Assembly: GCA_963716425.1 (NCBI GenBank)
Contig: OY970310.1
Location: 1,275,639-1,339,638 of the forward strand
Length of the DNA: 64,000 nt
Reading direction: 5' to 3'
Source: Candidatus Babeliales bacterium
GTDB taxonomy: Bacteria; Babelota; Babeliae; Babelales; JBFXEV01
The translations under genes and the position numbers were made by a program. Each line of letters starts with the position of its first letter. Position 1 is the stretch's first letter. The notes below the pieces were generated by a model. That model saw nothing but the letters and a program-made list of their open reading frames with translations, was not told the DNA's origin and ran no database searches. Below, one piece after another: positions 41,545 through 51,339 of the stretch.

Positions 41545-42273
41545 TTATATAGTCTGCCATTGCAAATAAATATTTTTCCAAAACAAAGCACTGCCTCCGG
41601 GCATAGGGAGATTAAGCAAACCCTGATTGAGAATCTTAATCACCTGTTGTATTTGTTTATGCCGGGTAGATCGCAGATCACGCGTAGTGCGCTTAAATTC
41701 AGTAAGCCAAAAATGGAGCAATTGATTGATGAGAGCAGCACTTTCTTGCTCATTGGGTTTATGCTCTTCAAGGATCTTTAATAACTGGCCAGGATCTCGT
41801 TCAGTGCCAGTTGAGAAAAAAGTGAATAATGGATGAGCTGACGTATCTGCACTGAATGAGAATTGCTTGATAACACAGCGTGATTGGATTGTGGGCAAGA
41901 TGGGATCTTTGCCTGAGGCAAGAAGGATAAAATGATAACCTGCTGGCGGTTCCTCTATAGTTTTGAGCAAACTATTTTGGCACGGTACGGATAATAATTC
42001 TGCTCTCTCTAGTACAAAAAAGAAACGCTCATTATGCTCAAGAGCATAAGCACAGATGGTACGAATGGGCTCTAGTGTTTCAAGCGTATACTGCTTTTCT
42101 GGTTCAATCCACAATAATGCATGATGTTGTTTTTCATAAATCTGTATGCAAGACATGCACATGCTGCATCCCGATTGCGGGCAGAATTGTTGCTGCAAAT
42201 AACTGAGTGCTTCTAGTTCAAGTTGGCCGTGTGTACCCAGCCACAATTGTCCAGGAGGTATATGCTTACTCAT
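41545..42273 (-). CDS. holB: DNA polymerase III delta' subunit-like
   Basis: C..C..C zinc motif, NSLLKTIEEPP, ILPTIQSRC; follows tmk. Confidence 0.88.
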   Translation of the reverse strand: MSKHIPPGQLWLGTHGQLELEALSYLQQQFCPQSGCSMCMSCIQIYEKQHHALLWIEPEKQYTLETLEPIRTICAYALEHNERFFFVLERAELLSVPCQNSLLKTIEEPPAGYHFILLASGKDPILPTIQSRCVIKQFSFSADTSAHPLFTFFSTGTERDPGQLLKILEEHKPNEQESAALINQLLHFWLTEFKRTTRDLRSTRHKQIQQVIKILNQGLLNLPMPGGSALFWKNIYLQWQTI

Positions 42274-42893
42274 AATAATTTCAGTAGAGCATCAAGAGCT
42301 TGCTCGACCATCACCTCGCGAGATTGTGTGCCATCAATCACAAGAACGTCAGATCTATTCTTATAAAGCGTGTCATAGCCATTAATTAATTTTTTAAAAA
42401 AGTCTTGGGCTTCCTTTTCAAATGCCGTCAGCTCTTTACCTCGTTCAAGAATACGATCGGTTGCTGTTTGGCAATCAATGTAGACGTAGATGGTAAGATC
42501 GGGTTTAATGCCATCCATAGCCCACGCATTAACTGTTTTGATCATCTCAATATCAAGACCACGCCCGTATCCTTGATAGACAATTGATGAATCGGCAAGT
42601 CGATCTGAAAGGACAACCTTGCTTTCAGTAAGTGCAGGCTTAATAATTTCTTTCATGTGCTGCGCACGATCTGCTGCAAATAATAAATATTCTGCACGTG
42701 GATCAATAGGCACTGGTTGCTCTTGGAGTAAGGCGCGCAACGTTTTGCCCAGTTGAGACCCCCCTGGTTCTTTAGTGAGCACAACAGAGTGGTTTGCTTG
42801 TATGAGTAAATGTGCAAGCATTTGCACGAGTGAACTTTTGCCTGAGCCGTCAATACCTTCAACGGCAATAAGGAGGCCGCGTGATCGTTTCAT
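42270..42893 (-). CDS. tmk: Thymidylate kinase
   Basis: EGIDGSGKSS, LFAADRAQH, DR, YQG. Confidence 0.97.
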   Translation of the reverse strand: MKRSRGLLIAVEGIDGSGKSSLVQMLAHLLIQANHSVVLTKEPGGSQLGKTLRALLQEQPVPIDPRAEYLLFAADRAQHMKEIIKPALTESKVVLSDRLADSSIVYQGYGRGLDIEMIKTVNAWAMDGIKPDLTIYVYIDCQTATDRILERGKELTAFEKEAQDFFKKLINGYDTLYKNRSDVLVIDGTQSREVMVEQALDALLKLL

Positions 42894-42983
42894 GAGTTAT
42901 GAGTACCTACATTTTATGGTATGATTGATATATTTAGTATATCTTTATTTTGAGCTAAACGAAATAGAAAAAAGGAAAGAGTT

Positions 42984-44531
42984 ATGATGTCACCTCAAGA
43001 ACAAGAACGATTTGATGCGTATTGGCAATCATTGCATCAAGATGGCACGCTCATGTTTGCAGGAAAATTGCTTGAACGGGCTGCCAAACTGTGGCCCAAG
43101 CGGATTGCCTACATATGCGGTGATACGACTATTACCTATCGTGAACTATTCAGACGTGCATGCCAAGTAAGTACCGCATTACGTGCTCAAGGTGTTGGCG
43201 TTGAAGACAATGTGCTGTTGTGGTATGAAAATTCGATTGAATTTTTTATTGCCTATTATGGTATTTGGCAAACGGGAGCAGTTGTTGCTGCATTGAACGT
43301 GTTTTTGCACCCCAAGGAGTTTGAGCATATTCTCAAAGACGCGCAACCAAAAGTGGTTATTATTTCTGATACGTTACTCAAAAAATTAGATGAATCATTC
43401 ATGAGCATATTACCAGGGCGTATTGAACAAGCTTTCTTAGAAAATTGTGCAGAGCTTCCTGGCCCTAGTCGTTGTGACATAGAGAAAAAAGATCCTGATG
43501 CTTTGGCAGTACTCCTGTATACTTCAGGAACTACCGGCATGCCCAAAGGAGTGATGCTCAGTTCACGAAATCTGTTAATGAACATGATCCAAGGCATTTC
43601 TTGTTTGCAAGTTTCTGAGCATGATCGTGGTTATGTTCCTGTGCCACTGTTTCATAGCCTTGCACAAAACACTGCTGTTTGGGGTACCGTCTTTATGGGG
43701 GCATCATGTATTGTTATTCCCAAAATTGATCGCCGGTGCTTGCTTGAAGGACTTGCGCACAAGCCTACAGTGATAATAGCGGTTCCTGCACTCTTTGGTA
43801 TTTTTTGTTTGATGAAAACAGCACCACTTCATTCTGTGAGATTTTTTATTTCTGGTGGTGATGCATTGCCCGATAAAATCCGCGCGGGTTTTGCACAAAT
43901 CTATCGCCGTAATATTTGCAATGGATATGGCATGACAGAAACTTCACCTCTCATTGCGATACATGTTACCGACGAATGGGTAAGCGCAGATACGGTAGGC
44001 ATGCCGATCATTGGCATGAAATGTGAAATACGCAAGGACGAGCAGGACGTGCCTCAAGGTGACGTGGGCACGCTTTGGGTGCAAGGTGATAATGTAATGT
44101 TAGGATATTATAAAGCACCAGAAGCAACGAAAGCAATACTCAAAGATGGTTGGCTTAACACGGGAGATCTTGCTTGCATTGATACAGAAGGGCGATTACA
44201 TATTGTAGGCCGTGAAAAAGATTTGATCAGTAACAAGGGATTAAAAATATATCCTCAAGAAATTGAGAACGTATTACTGTCATATCCTCAAATAAGCATG
44301 GCAGCGGTTATTGGTGTAAAAGATGGAGGCGATGAAGAAATACCGGTGGCTTTTGTGGTGCTCAAGGGCAAATTGAGAGATCCTCAAAAAGAGTTATACC
44401 AAATATGCGCACAACAACTTGCAATCTACAAAATACCTCGAATGTTTATTATAAAAAATACGTTACCAATAACTGCAATGGGTAAAATAGATAAAAAGAT
44501 ATTAAGGGCTGAGTATGGTAAAAAAGATTAA
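42984..44531 (+). CDS. fadD: AMP-dependent long-chain acyl-CoA synthetase
   Basis: YTSGTTGMPKG, GYGMTE, TGD, GKIDK. Confidence 0.85.
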   Translation: MMSPQEQERFDAYWQSLHQDGTLMFAGKLLERAAKLWPKRIAYICGDTTITYRELFRRACQVSTALRAQGVGVEDNVLLWYENSIEFFIAYYGIWQTGAVVAALNVFLHPKEFEHILKDAQPKVVIISDTLLKKLDESFMSILPGRIEQAFLENCAELPGPSRCDIEKKDPDALAVLLYTSGTTGMPKGVMLSSRNLLMNMIQGISCLQVSEHDRGYVPVPLFHSLAQNTAVWGTVFMGASCIVIPKIDRRCLLEGLAHKPTVIIAVPALFGIFCLMKTAPLHSVRFFISGGDALPDKIRAGFAQIYRRNICNGYGMTETSPLIAIHVTDEWVSADTVGMPIIGMKCEIRKDEQDVPQGDVGTLWVQGDNVMLGYYKAPEATKAILKDGWLNTGDLACIDTEGRLHIVGREKDLISNKGLKIYPQEIENVLLSYPQISMAAVIGVKDGGDEEIPVAFVVLKGKLRDPQKELYQICAQQLAIYKIPRMFIIKNTLPITAMGKIDKKILRAEYGKKD

Positions 44532-45627
44532 ATTAGTGCATATCATTTCCATTTTACAATTGGGTGGCGCAGAAGCTGTGCTTGCAAGTTTGATTGATCA
44601 ATTAGGTTCTGATGATTATGAACACCATGTCATTTATTTCCATGCAGGACCGAGCGTTGCACGCATTAGAGAACGAGGTATTCCGGCGTATCAGATTAAA
44701 GGAGCAGTTGCACTCTGTGATCCGGTTTTCTGGGTGAGGCTCTACAAACTTATCAAATCTATTAGGCCTGATCTTATACATACTCATTTGTGGGCTGCCA
44801 ATCTTTCAGGAAGAGTGATTGGACGATTGCTTGGTATTCCGGTAGTCAATACTATTCATAATAAGTTAGTGTACCAAGGTGTATTTAGAAACGTGATTGA
44901 TTCAGTTTCAATGCCTCTTGCCGATGCAGTGGTTGGTATAGGGCCAGTTATTGTTTCTTCAGGAAAACGCTTTCCGTATGATGAAAAAAAGATTAAGTGT
45001 ATCTCAAATGGTATTGATGCGCAGGCAATACAACAACGAGCATTGCGCGAGCAGATATTTAGAGAGCAACTCGGGTGGTCATCTGAGCATGTGGTTATTG
45101 GGACAGTGGGCAGGTTTGAAGATCAAAAAAATTATCATACACTTATTACTGCTTTTTCTCACGTGCACAAAAAAGTGCCACAAACACGCTTATTATTGGT
45201 TGGTGGCGGTTCACTTGAGCAGTCATTGCGTGCACATGCGCAAGTGCTCGGTGTTGATGATGTAGTACAATTTGTCGTGGGAAAATCAGCATACGGTTAT
45301 TATCCGCTTATGGACGTATTTGTGCTTGCTTCTCATTATGAAGGGCTTTCAATTGCATTGCTTGAAGCAATATCATGTGGGGTTCCTTGTGTAACTACTG
45401 GCACCAATGGAGCTCACGAACTGATCAAAACACATGAAACGGGAATTCTGGTGCTTGAGCCGACAGTGCTTGGAGTAGAAAGGGCACTCTTTGCAATGTT
45501 AGAGTCACCTGATGCGCGTAAAAAGATGAGTGAGCGTGCACGTGCGATCATACAAATAGAGTATGGGCTTGCAAAAATGGCTACGTCATATATACAATTA
45601 TATGGAAGTTTGTTAAAAAGAATGTAG
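44515..45627 (+). CDS. Glycosyltransferase family 4
   Basis: GGAE, HTH, EGLSIALLEA. Confidence 0.9.
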   Translation: MVKKIKLVHIISILQLGGAEAVLASLIDQLGSDDYEHHVIYFHAGPSVARIRERGIPAYQIKGAVALCDPVFWVRLYKLIKSIRPDLIHTHLWAANLSGRVIGRLLGIPVVNTIHNKLVYQGVFRNVIDSVSMPLADAVVGIGPVIVSSGKRFPYDEKKIKCISNGIDAQAIQQRALREQIFREQLGWSSEHVVIGTVGRFEDQKNYHTLITAFSHVHKKVPQTRLLLVGGGSLEQSLRAHAQVLGVDDVVQFVVGKSAYGYYPLMDVFVLASHYEGLSIALLEAISCGVPCVTTGTNGAHELIKTHETGILVLEPTVLGVERALFAMLESPDARKKMSERARAIIQIEYGLAKMATSYIQLYGSLLKRM

Positions 45628-45674
45628 AAAAAGTATATAAGCAATATTGATATCAAGAAGGAGTTTTTATTATT

Positions 45675-47918
45675 ATGAAACGCACGGCACAAGAACAAAC
45701 AACAAAAAGTCTTAATCGTGAACAATCACCATCATTGTGGATGCTCGTTGGCATACCAGCATGTTTGGTAGCAACAACGATCGCCAGTTATTATGCATCG
45801 CTTGCCTATAACTTTCAATTTGATGATATTGCAAATATCAAAAAGATGTTTGATATTCGTCACAATACGTTGGCAAAACTATTCTTCGCTCGACCCCGTT
45901 GGATAAGCCAATGGCTGAATACTGTGTATTATGGCTATGTGAAATTTGATCCCTATCTGTATAGGGTCGGTAACCTTATTATTCACAGCATTGGTGGTAT
46001 TCTTGTTTTTTACTTGATATATACATTGTTTTCTGGGTTACGCGCACAGAATTTTTTTAAACGTAACAGTTTGGCCATTGCAGCAACCACCGCTGGATTA
46101 TTTTTATTGCATCCCGTGCAAACACAAACAGTATCCTATGTTATTCAAGGACAGCTTGAAGGGATGGCTGGGGTATTTACCATTGCTATTGTGCTCTTTT
46201 TTGTAAAATGGGTGCAAGCTACCACGCCTAGGGGTCGTTGGGGTTTTGGCACACTTTTGATAGTTACCTCTTTATTATCAATTGGTACTAAAGAAATTAC
46301 CATTGTGGCACCTCTCATGGTATTGCTTACCGATTGGTTCTTTGTCGCACAAGGCAATTGGAGTGAGATCAAGGGGCGGTGGCAGAAACATGCTGCAGTA
46401 TGGGCGGCAATTATTCTTACTTATGTATATTTTAAAGCGGGATTTATGCTTAAGGCGGCAACGTTTCAACTTGAATCACGCAATAATATTGGTAACCAAC
46501 TTACGCAAGATCCTGCTCAAAAAATTTATCCGCTTCATTTTGCCATATCTCAGTTTAAAGTTATAGTCCATTATCTCGTTATGTTTGTGTGGCCATTCAA
46601 TATTAGTGTTGAGTATGACTGGATGCTTTCAACTAGCTTTTTTGCAGCTGATTGTTTTTTGCCTTTTTTAAGTTTGGTAGCTCTCTGGAGTTATTTGGGG
46701 TATTTGTTTTCTAAAAACAAAACTAATATTTTAGTATTTGCTTTTGCCTGGTTCTTTATTGCGGTACTTCCAAGAAGTAGTATTATTCCCTCTTCAGAAT
46801 TACTTGTCGATTACAAAACATATTTGGCATCAGTGGGTGTGTTACTCCTTATTGCCAGTGCGTTAGTGTGGGTGATTACTGCAATGGGTGAACAAGCGCG
46901 TAAGCGAATGGCACTTGCTGCAATTACTCCAATCACCTCTGGAGCTCTTGCATGTATGCTTGCACTTGTGGGCTATGGAGCGCATGAACGTAATAAAGTA
47001 TGGCGTTCTGGGTTAGAGTTTTGGGGTAACATTATAGCTAATGCGCCGGGCAAAGCGCGGGCGTATAATAACTATGCAGTTGCTTTATCCGATCTTAAAA
47101 GATATGCCGAGGCGGTGCCATTCTATAAAAAGGCGGTACAAATGGACGGAAAGTATCCTGATCCTTTGAATAACTTGGCAGTTGTGTATTCAATTCTAGG
47201 TGATACAGATGCGGCAATTGTCGCTATGAGAAAAACAATTGAAATTCAACCGTATTATCCCGAAGCCTATAATAATTTAGCATCATTTTATATCCAGAAA
47301 AAGGAATATGATAAAGCTGAAAAGATGCTCAAAATAGCTTTAAAGTTACGCAAGCATTATGGAAAAGCCTATTTTAATTATGGTAAGTTGTATTTGCAAC
47401 AAGAGAAATTTGATGAAGCGTTGCCTTACTTTAAAAAAGCTTGCATGGAAGCCGATATGGATATAGAGCCAGGGTTCAAGGTATATGCTCAAGTTGCTTT
47501 TAAAGCACAAAAATGGGATGAGGCTGTCATTGCAGTATCCAAGTTATGTGAATTGAATCCATCAAGTGTAGAATATAATGGACAATTAGGCCAAGCACTA
47601 TTAATGGATAAGCAGTATGCAAAATCTCTTTCAGTCTTTGAGCGGCTTGTACAAGTAAAACCAGAAGAGCCTAAATATTGGTTTAATGCAGGAGAAGCCG
47701 CATACCAATTGGAAGAATATCAAAAAGGGCGTGATTACTTTAGTAAAGCCCAGTCATTAGGATATAAAACCCCAAATGTATACGTTCGTTTGGCAAGCTG
47801 CTATAGTGAACTTGATCAGAGAAAAGAGGCGCGTGAGGCACTCTTGATTGCGCAAGGGTTGCCAGATGTTTCTACTGATTTGAAGGCGCAGATCAAAGCA
47901 CAAATGACTAAACTATAA
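45675..47918 (+). CDS. TMTC-like membrane glycosyltransferase with C-terminal TPRs
   Basis: FQFDD, RP, N...H, LHPVQT..V, KE, multi-TM, RN..W, many TPRs. Confidence 0.8.
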   Translation: MKRTAQEQTTKSLNREQSPSLWMLVGIPACLVATTIASYYASLAYNFQFDDIANIKKMFDIRHNTLAKLFFARPRWISQWLNTVYYGYVKFDPYLYRVGNLIIHSIGGILVFYLIYTLFSGLRAQNFFKRNSLAIAATTAGLFLLHPVQTQTVSYVIQGQLEGMAGVFTIAIVLFFVKWVQATTPRGRWGFGTLLIVTSLLSIGTKEITIVAPLMVLLTDWFFVAQGNWSEIKGRWQKHAAVWAAIILTYVYFKAGFMLKAATFQLESRNNIGNQLTQDPAQKIYPLHFAISQFKVIVHYLVMFVWPFNISVEYDWMLSTSFFAADCFLPFLSLVALWSYLGYLFSKNKTNILVFAFAWFFIAVLPRSSIIPSSELLVDYKTYLASVGVLLLIASALVWVITAMGEQARKRMALAAITPITSGALACMLALVGYGAHERNKVWRSGLEFWGNIIANAPGKARAYNNYAVALSDLKRYAEAVPFYKKAVQMDGKYPDPLNNLAVVYSILGDTDAAIVAMRKTIEIQPYYPEAYNNLASFYIQKKEYDKAEKMLKIALKLRKHYGKAYFNYGKLYLQQEKFDEALPYFKKACMEADMDIEPGFKVYAQVAFKAQKWDEAVIAVSKLCELNPSSVEYNGQLGQALLMDKQYAKSLSVFERLVQVKPEEPKYWFNAGEAAYQLEEYQKGRDYFSKAQSLGYKTPNVYVRLASCYSELDQRKEAREALLIAQGLPDVSTDLKAQIKAQMTKL

Positions 47919-48088
47919 AATATGATTATTTGGCATTGAAATGATCTATGCTGATATGAAAAATTTACTATTAGGCTATTGAAAAATAAAGTTAGAATTT
48001 TAGTTGATTTTTTGTGTGGCCTCCTGTAAACTTCATTATGAACTTAGAAGTTAAAGTTCAAAAACATAACACACGATAACCTCCATTT

Positions 48089-48130
48089 CCCCTGTCCTTG
48101 ACTTTCTGTCTGGATAGGGGTTACTTTTTT
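48089..48130 (+). terminator. Intrinsic terminator-like hairpin upstream of MBL gene
   Basis: cccctgtcc...ggatagggg then ttactttttt. Confidence 0.6.
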
Positions 48131-48151
48131 AAACACTCAGCATGATCCACG

Positions 48152-49111
48152 ATGAAACAACCAAAATCAGCTCCTCACGCTCACAAAGGCCGGTTCTATA
48201 ATAAGCCTGGCGAATATATGCATCATGTGCTTATGCCCTCCGCACTTATGTATATGGGTTCGTGGGTGCGCCGTTGGTTTGGTCCGCGTGTGACTCTTTC
48301 TGATTGGTTCATTAACCAAAAACCAATTGAACGTAGCATTGAACCAGTAGTCACTTGGATAGGGCATGCAACTTTTTTGATTCAGATTGGTGGACTTAAT
48401 ATTCTTACCGACCCTTTATTTTCAAGTCCCTCATTACTCTTTAGAAGAATTTTACCGCCGGGCATTGCCCTTGATCAATTGCCGCCCATTGATGTATTGC
48501 TTATTTCTCACAATCATCCCGATCATATGAGCGCTCCCTGTTTGCGTACTATCAAAAAAACACAGCCTACTATACTTGTTCCTTCTAAATTGGGAGAGTG
48601 GTTTAGTTCACGTGGACATAAAACAGTGCATGAGCAATCGTGGTGGCAATCGATGATTCTCCCTTCAAAAGAAGCAGGGTCAGACATTTCTTTTACGTTT
48701 TTGCCTGCATGGCATTGGTCACAACGGACGTTGTTTGATCGCAATAAAACATTGTGGGGCAGCTGGCTGATCAGTTATAAAGGACATTCTATCTATTTTG
48801 CGGGTGATACGTCATATGCCGGTCATTTTAAAGAAATTGGAGAGCATTATCCGGATATTCATACCGCCTTGCTTCCTATTGGCCCGTGCCAGCCCAAGCG
48901 CTGGATGGAGCATGTGCACATGAGTGCACAGAACACCGTGAAAGCATTTATTGATCTTAAAGCCAAAAAAATGATCCCTATGCATTGGGGCACTTTCCAT
49001 TTTGGGCTTGATCAATTTACAACACCTCTTGATGAGTTACATGAGGCATGGCAAGAGGCAGGACTTGCCGTGGAGAGGTTAATTATTGCCAAAGTGGGTC
49101 AACGCGTGTAG
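48152..49111 (+). CDS. MBL-fold hydrolase, NAPE-PLD/RomA-like
   Basis: WIGHAT, SHNHPDH, HWSQR, AGDT, PMHWGT. Confidence 0.88.
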   Translation: MKQPKSAPHAHKGRFYNKPGEYMHHVLMPSALMYMGSWVRRWFGPRVTLSDWFINQKPIERSIEPVVTWIGHATFLIQIGGLNILTDPLFSSPSLLFRRILPPGIALDQLPPIDVLLISHNHPDHMSAPCLRTIKKTQPTILVPSKLGEWFSSRGHKTVHEQSWWQSMILPSKEAGSDISFTFLPAWHWSQRTLFDRNKTLWGSWLISYKGHSIYFAGDTSYAGHFKEIGEHYPDIHTALLPIGPCQPKRWMEHVHMSAQNTVKAFIDLKAKKMIPMHWGTFHFGLDQFTTPLDELHEAWQEAGLAVERLIIAKVGQRV

Positions 49112-50246
49112 GTTTTCGTTTCTTTGTTTTGGGTTTCTTTGTTGGAGGCAGAAGATTTGGTCTATTAAAACCAGTGATGGATATCACTTCCACCAAAGAC
49201 TCTTGCTCTTCAATTTCCATAGGTACTTCTTCATCATCTTCTTCTTGTTCCTCACGCTTTTTAGATGTATGGGCTCTTTGGGGTCTTGTTTTCATGATAA
49301 GCTTTGGATTATTTGCTACTTCAATAGTACTGATTTGCTTTTGTTCTTGTGCATATTTTTCAGCTTCAGCAGTTGCAGGTCTATGGTGCAAGGGAGCATC
49401 GGTGCGTTTAAATGTAGGAAACGTTATCAATTGCTTTTTAAGTTGAGGATCAAATCTTCTTTTTGCATATTCGGTAGCGGTGCGCGCATCTTTATCAGTT
49501 ATGCTCGTATCAACACCATATTCCTGTAGAACTCTAATAACTCTATAGGCAAAACTTTCTATTGCAACCATAAGCACCGTTCGTCCCTGTTTATCTTTGG
49601 CGTTTGGATTAAGACCATATTCCAAGCAACGTCGTGCAAGTAGTTCATTATCGATTCGAGCTGCACTAAAAAGTGGATTATTCCCAGAGAGTTGTTCAAT
49701 TATGATTGCCTCTTGGCTATGAGGCAACGTTGTTTGATAGAATGCAATTATTCTGTTTAATCGTTCGGTCTGATCTTCTAAAGAATGCGGAATGTTAAAC
49801 AATGCATGTAATGGACTTCCAAAGAAAGTATTGTCTGGCATCCTTGAAGCACCACGCTCAAGGAGCCATTCCACCAAAGCAGGATCTAGCCATTGTGCCG
49901 CAGAGATCAAGGGGACAAAGAACTGATGATCTGTAATCGCTGCACCATCAATAGGTGTTCCGTCAATTTCAATAGATTTTTGTATTTGTTTACTTAACTC
50001 AGTGGCAGAACACGTGGGCTTTGTACGTGCAGCACAAATAGATACCAATAATGGATCAACAGCATGGCAAGTGGCGTTTGAATAGATCTGCCATGGTTCT
50101 TCTGGAGCGTCCGCTTCGCCTAAGCTCAAGCGTGGCCAGATGGCGCCCCTGGTATCCGGAAATACATCCATCGCATTTATTGAACTCATTAGGTTCAGAA
50201 TAACCAATAACCCAATGGCTTTAAACGAAGAAAGAGTGGTTGCCAT
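49083..50246 (-). CDS. Secreted ankyrin-repeat protein
   Basis: Signal peptide; NPLFSAA, KDKQGRTVLM, YGVDTSITDK; acidic then basic tail. Confidence 0.8.
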   Translation of the reverse strand: MATTLSSFKAIGLLVILNLMSSINAMDVFPDTRGAIWPRLSLGEADAPEEPWQIYSNATCHAVDPLLVSICAARTKPTCSATELSKQIQKSIEIDGTPIDGAAITDHQFFVPLISAAQWLDPALVEWLLERGASRMPDNTFFGSPLHALFNIPHSLEDQTERLNRIIAFYQTTLPHSQEAIIIEQLSGNNPLFSAARIDNELLARRCLEYGLNPNAKDKQGRTVLMVAIESFAYRVIRVLQEYGVDTSITDKDARTATEYAKRRFDPQLKKQLITFPTFKRTDAPLHHRPATAEAEKYAQEQKQISTIEVANNPKLIMKTRPQRAHTSKKREEQEEDDEEVPMEIEEQESLVEVISITGFNRPNLLPPTKKPKTKKRKPTRVDPLWQ

Positions 50247-50247
50247 G

Positions 50248-51222
50248 TTAATCGTAAAAACCTTTGCTCAAGTATGCAGTGCCGCTATCACCAAATATCA
50301 TGACTACAATATCAGTGGGTGTAAGGTTTTTTGCGTATTCAAATGCACCATAAGCTACTGCACCGGAACTTGGTCCTGCCAAGATGCCATATGTGCGTGC
50401 AAGCGTTTTGGTCATCGCAAGACCATCTTCATCAGTTACGGGAATAATAAGATCGATAGTTTTTTTATCAAGTACTGGTGAATCAGCATCAATGCCAAGA
50501 CCTTCAATTTTGTAGGGTTTTGAATTGCCTTTTGTAGAATACCATGAATTTGCGGCATCAAGACCAATAACTTTTACTTCAGGATTGCGTTCTTTTAGAT
50601 ATCTTCCTACACCACTTACGTGGCCGCCAGAGCCAGCTGCTGCAAAATAATGTGTTACTTGACCATCGGTACCATCCCAAATTTCGGGCCCAAGTGACAT
50701 GTAATGTCCTTCAGCATTAACCGGATTGTAATATTGATTAAGCATATAGGAATTGGGGGTATTTTTGTGAAGTTCCCATGCTTTACTTTGATAGCTTTCT
50801 GGATGCTCGAGTGTTGGTGCAGGAGGAAACATAAGCACTTGAGCGCCATATGCTTTAATAGTTGCCAATTTTTCTGCACTGATTTTTTGCGATACGGTAA
50901 TAATAACTTTATATCCTTTGAGTGCGCCAATCATTGCAGCTGCAATACCTTGGTTGCCTGATGATGCTTCAATAATAGTGCCACCGGATTTGAGCAAACC
51001 ATTTTTTTCAGCTTGTTCAATCATATAAAGAGCACAGCGAGGTTTCAAACTTGCGCCAGGGTTTAAAAATTCCAGTTTTGCAAGAATAGTGCAAGGTATA
51101 TTAACATCCAACTTCACCAATGGTGTATTGCCAATTGATTCAAGAAGATTTTTATAGCGTTTAGGCGTTTTATAGGTATTTTTTATTTTAGTAATTGATT
51201 CATTACTATTAATATTGTACAT
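50248..51222 (-). CDS. cysK: PLP-dependent cysteine synthase/CBS family protein
   Basis: IGNTPLV, KLEFLNPG.S.K, EASSGN, NQY.NP.N, IEGLG, GPSSGA; start uncertain. Confidence 0.85.
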   Translation of the reverse strand: MYNINSNESITKIKNTYKTPKRYKNLLESIGNTPLVKLDVNIPCTILAKLEFLNPGASLKPRCALYMIEQAEKNGLLKSGGTIIEASSGNQGIAAAMIGALKGYKVIITVSQKISAEKLATIKAYGAQVLMFPPAPTLEHPESYQSKAWELHKNTPNSYMLNQYYNPVNAEGHYMSLGPEIWDGTDGQVTHYFAAAGSGGHVSGVGRYLKERNPEVKVIGLDAANSWYSTKGNSKPYKIEGLGIDADSPVLDKKTIDLIIPVTDEDGLAMTKTLARTYGILAGPSSGAVAYGAFEYAKNLTPTDIVVMIFGDSGTAYLSKGFYD

Positions 51223-51339
51223 GGATGCCCCTGAGTAGCTGTATTCAAATAAGATATCACTCATTAATAGTAACAAAAATATCGCATGCTTGTCACTTAT
51301 TTTGTTGTTGATTTTCAAATTTGGTTAGTACAATTACTT

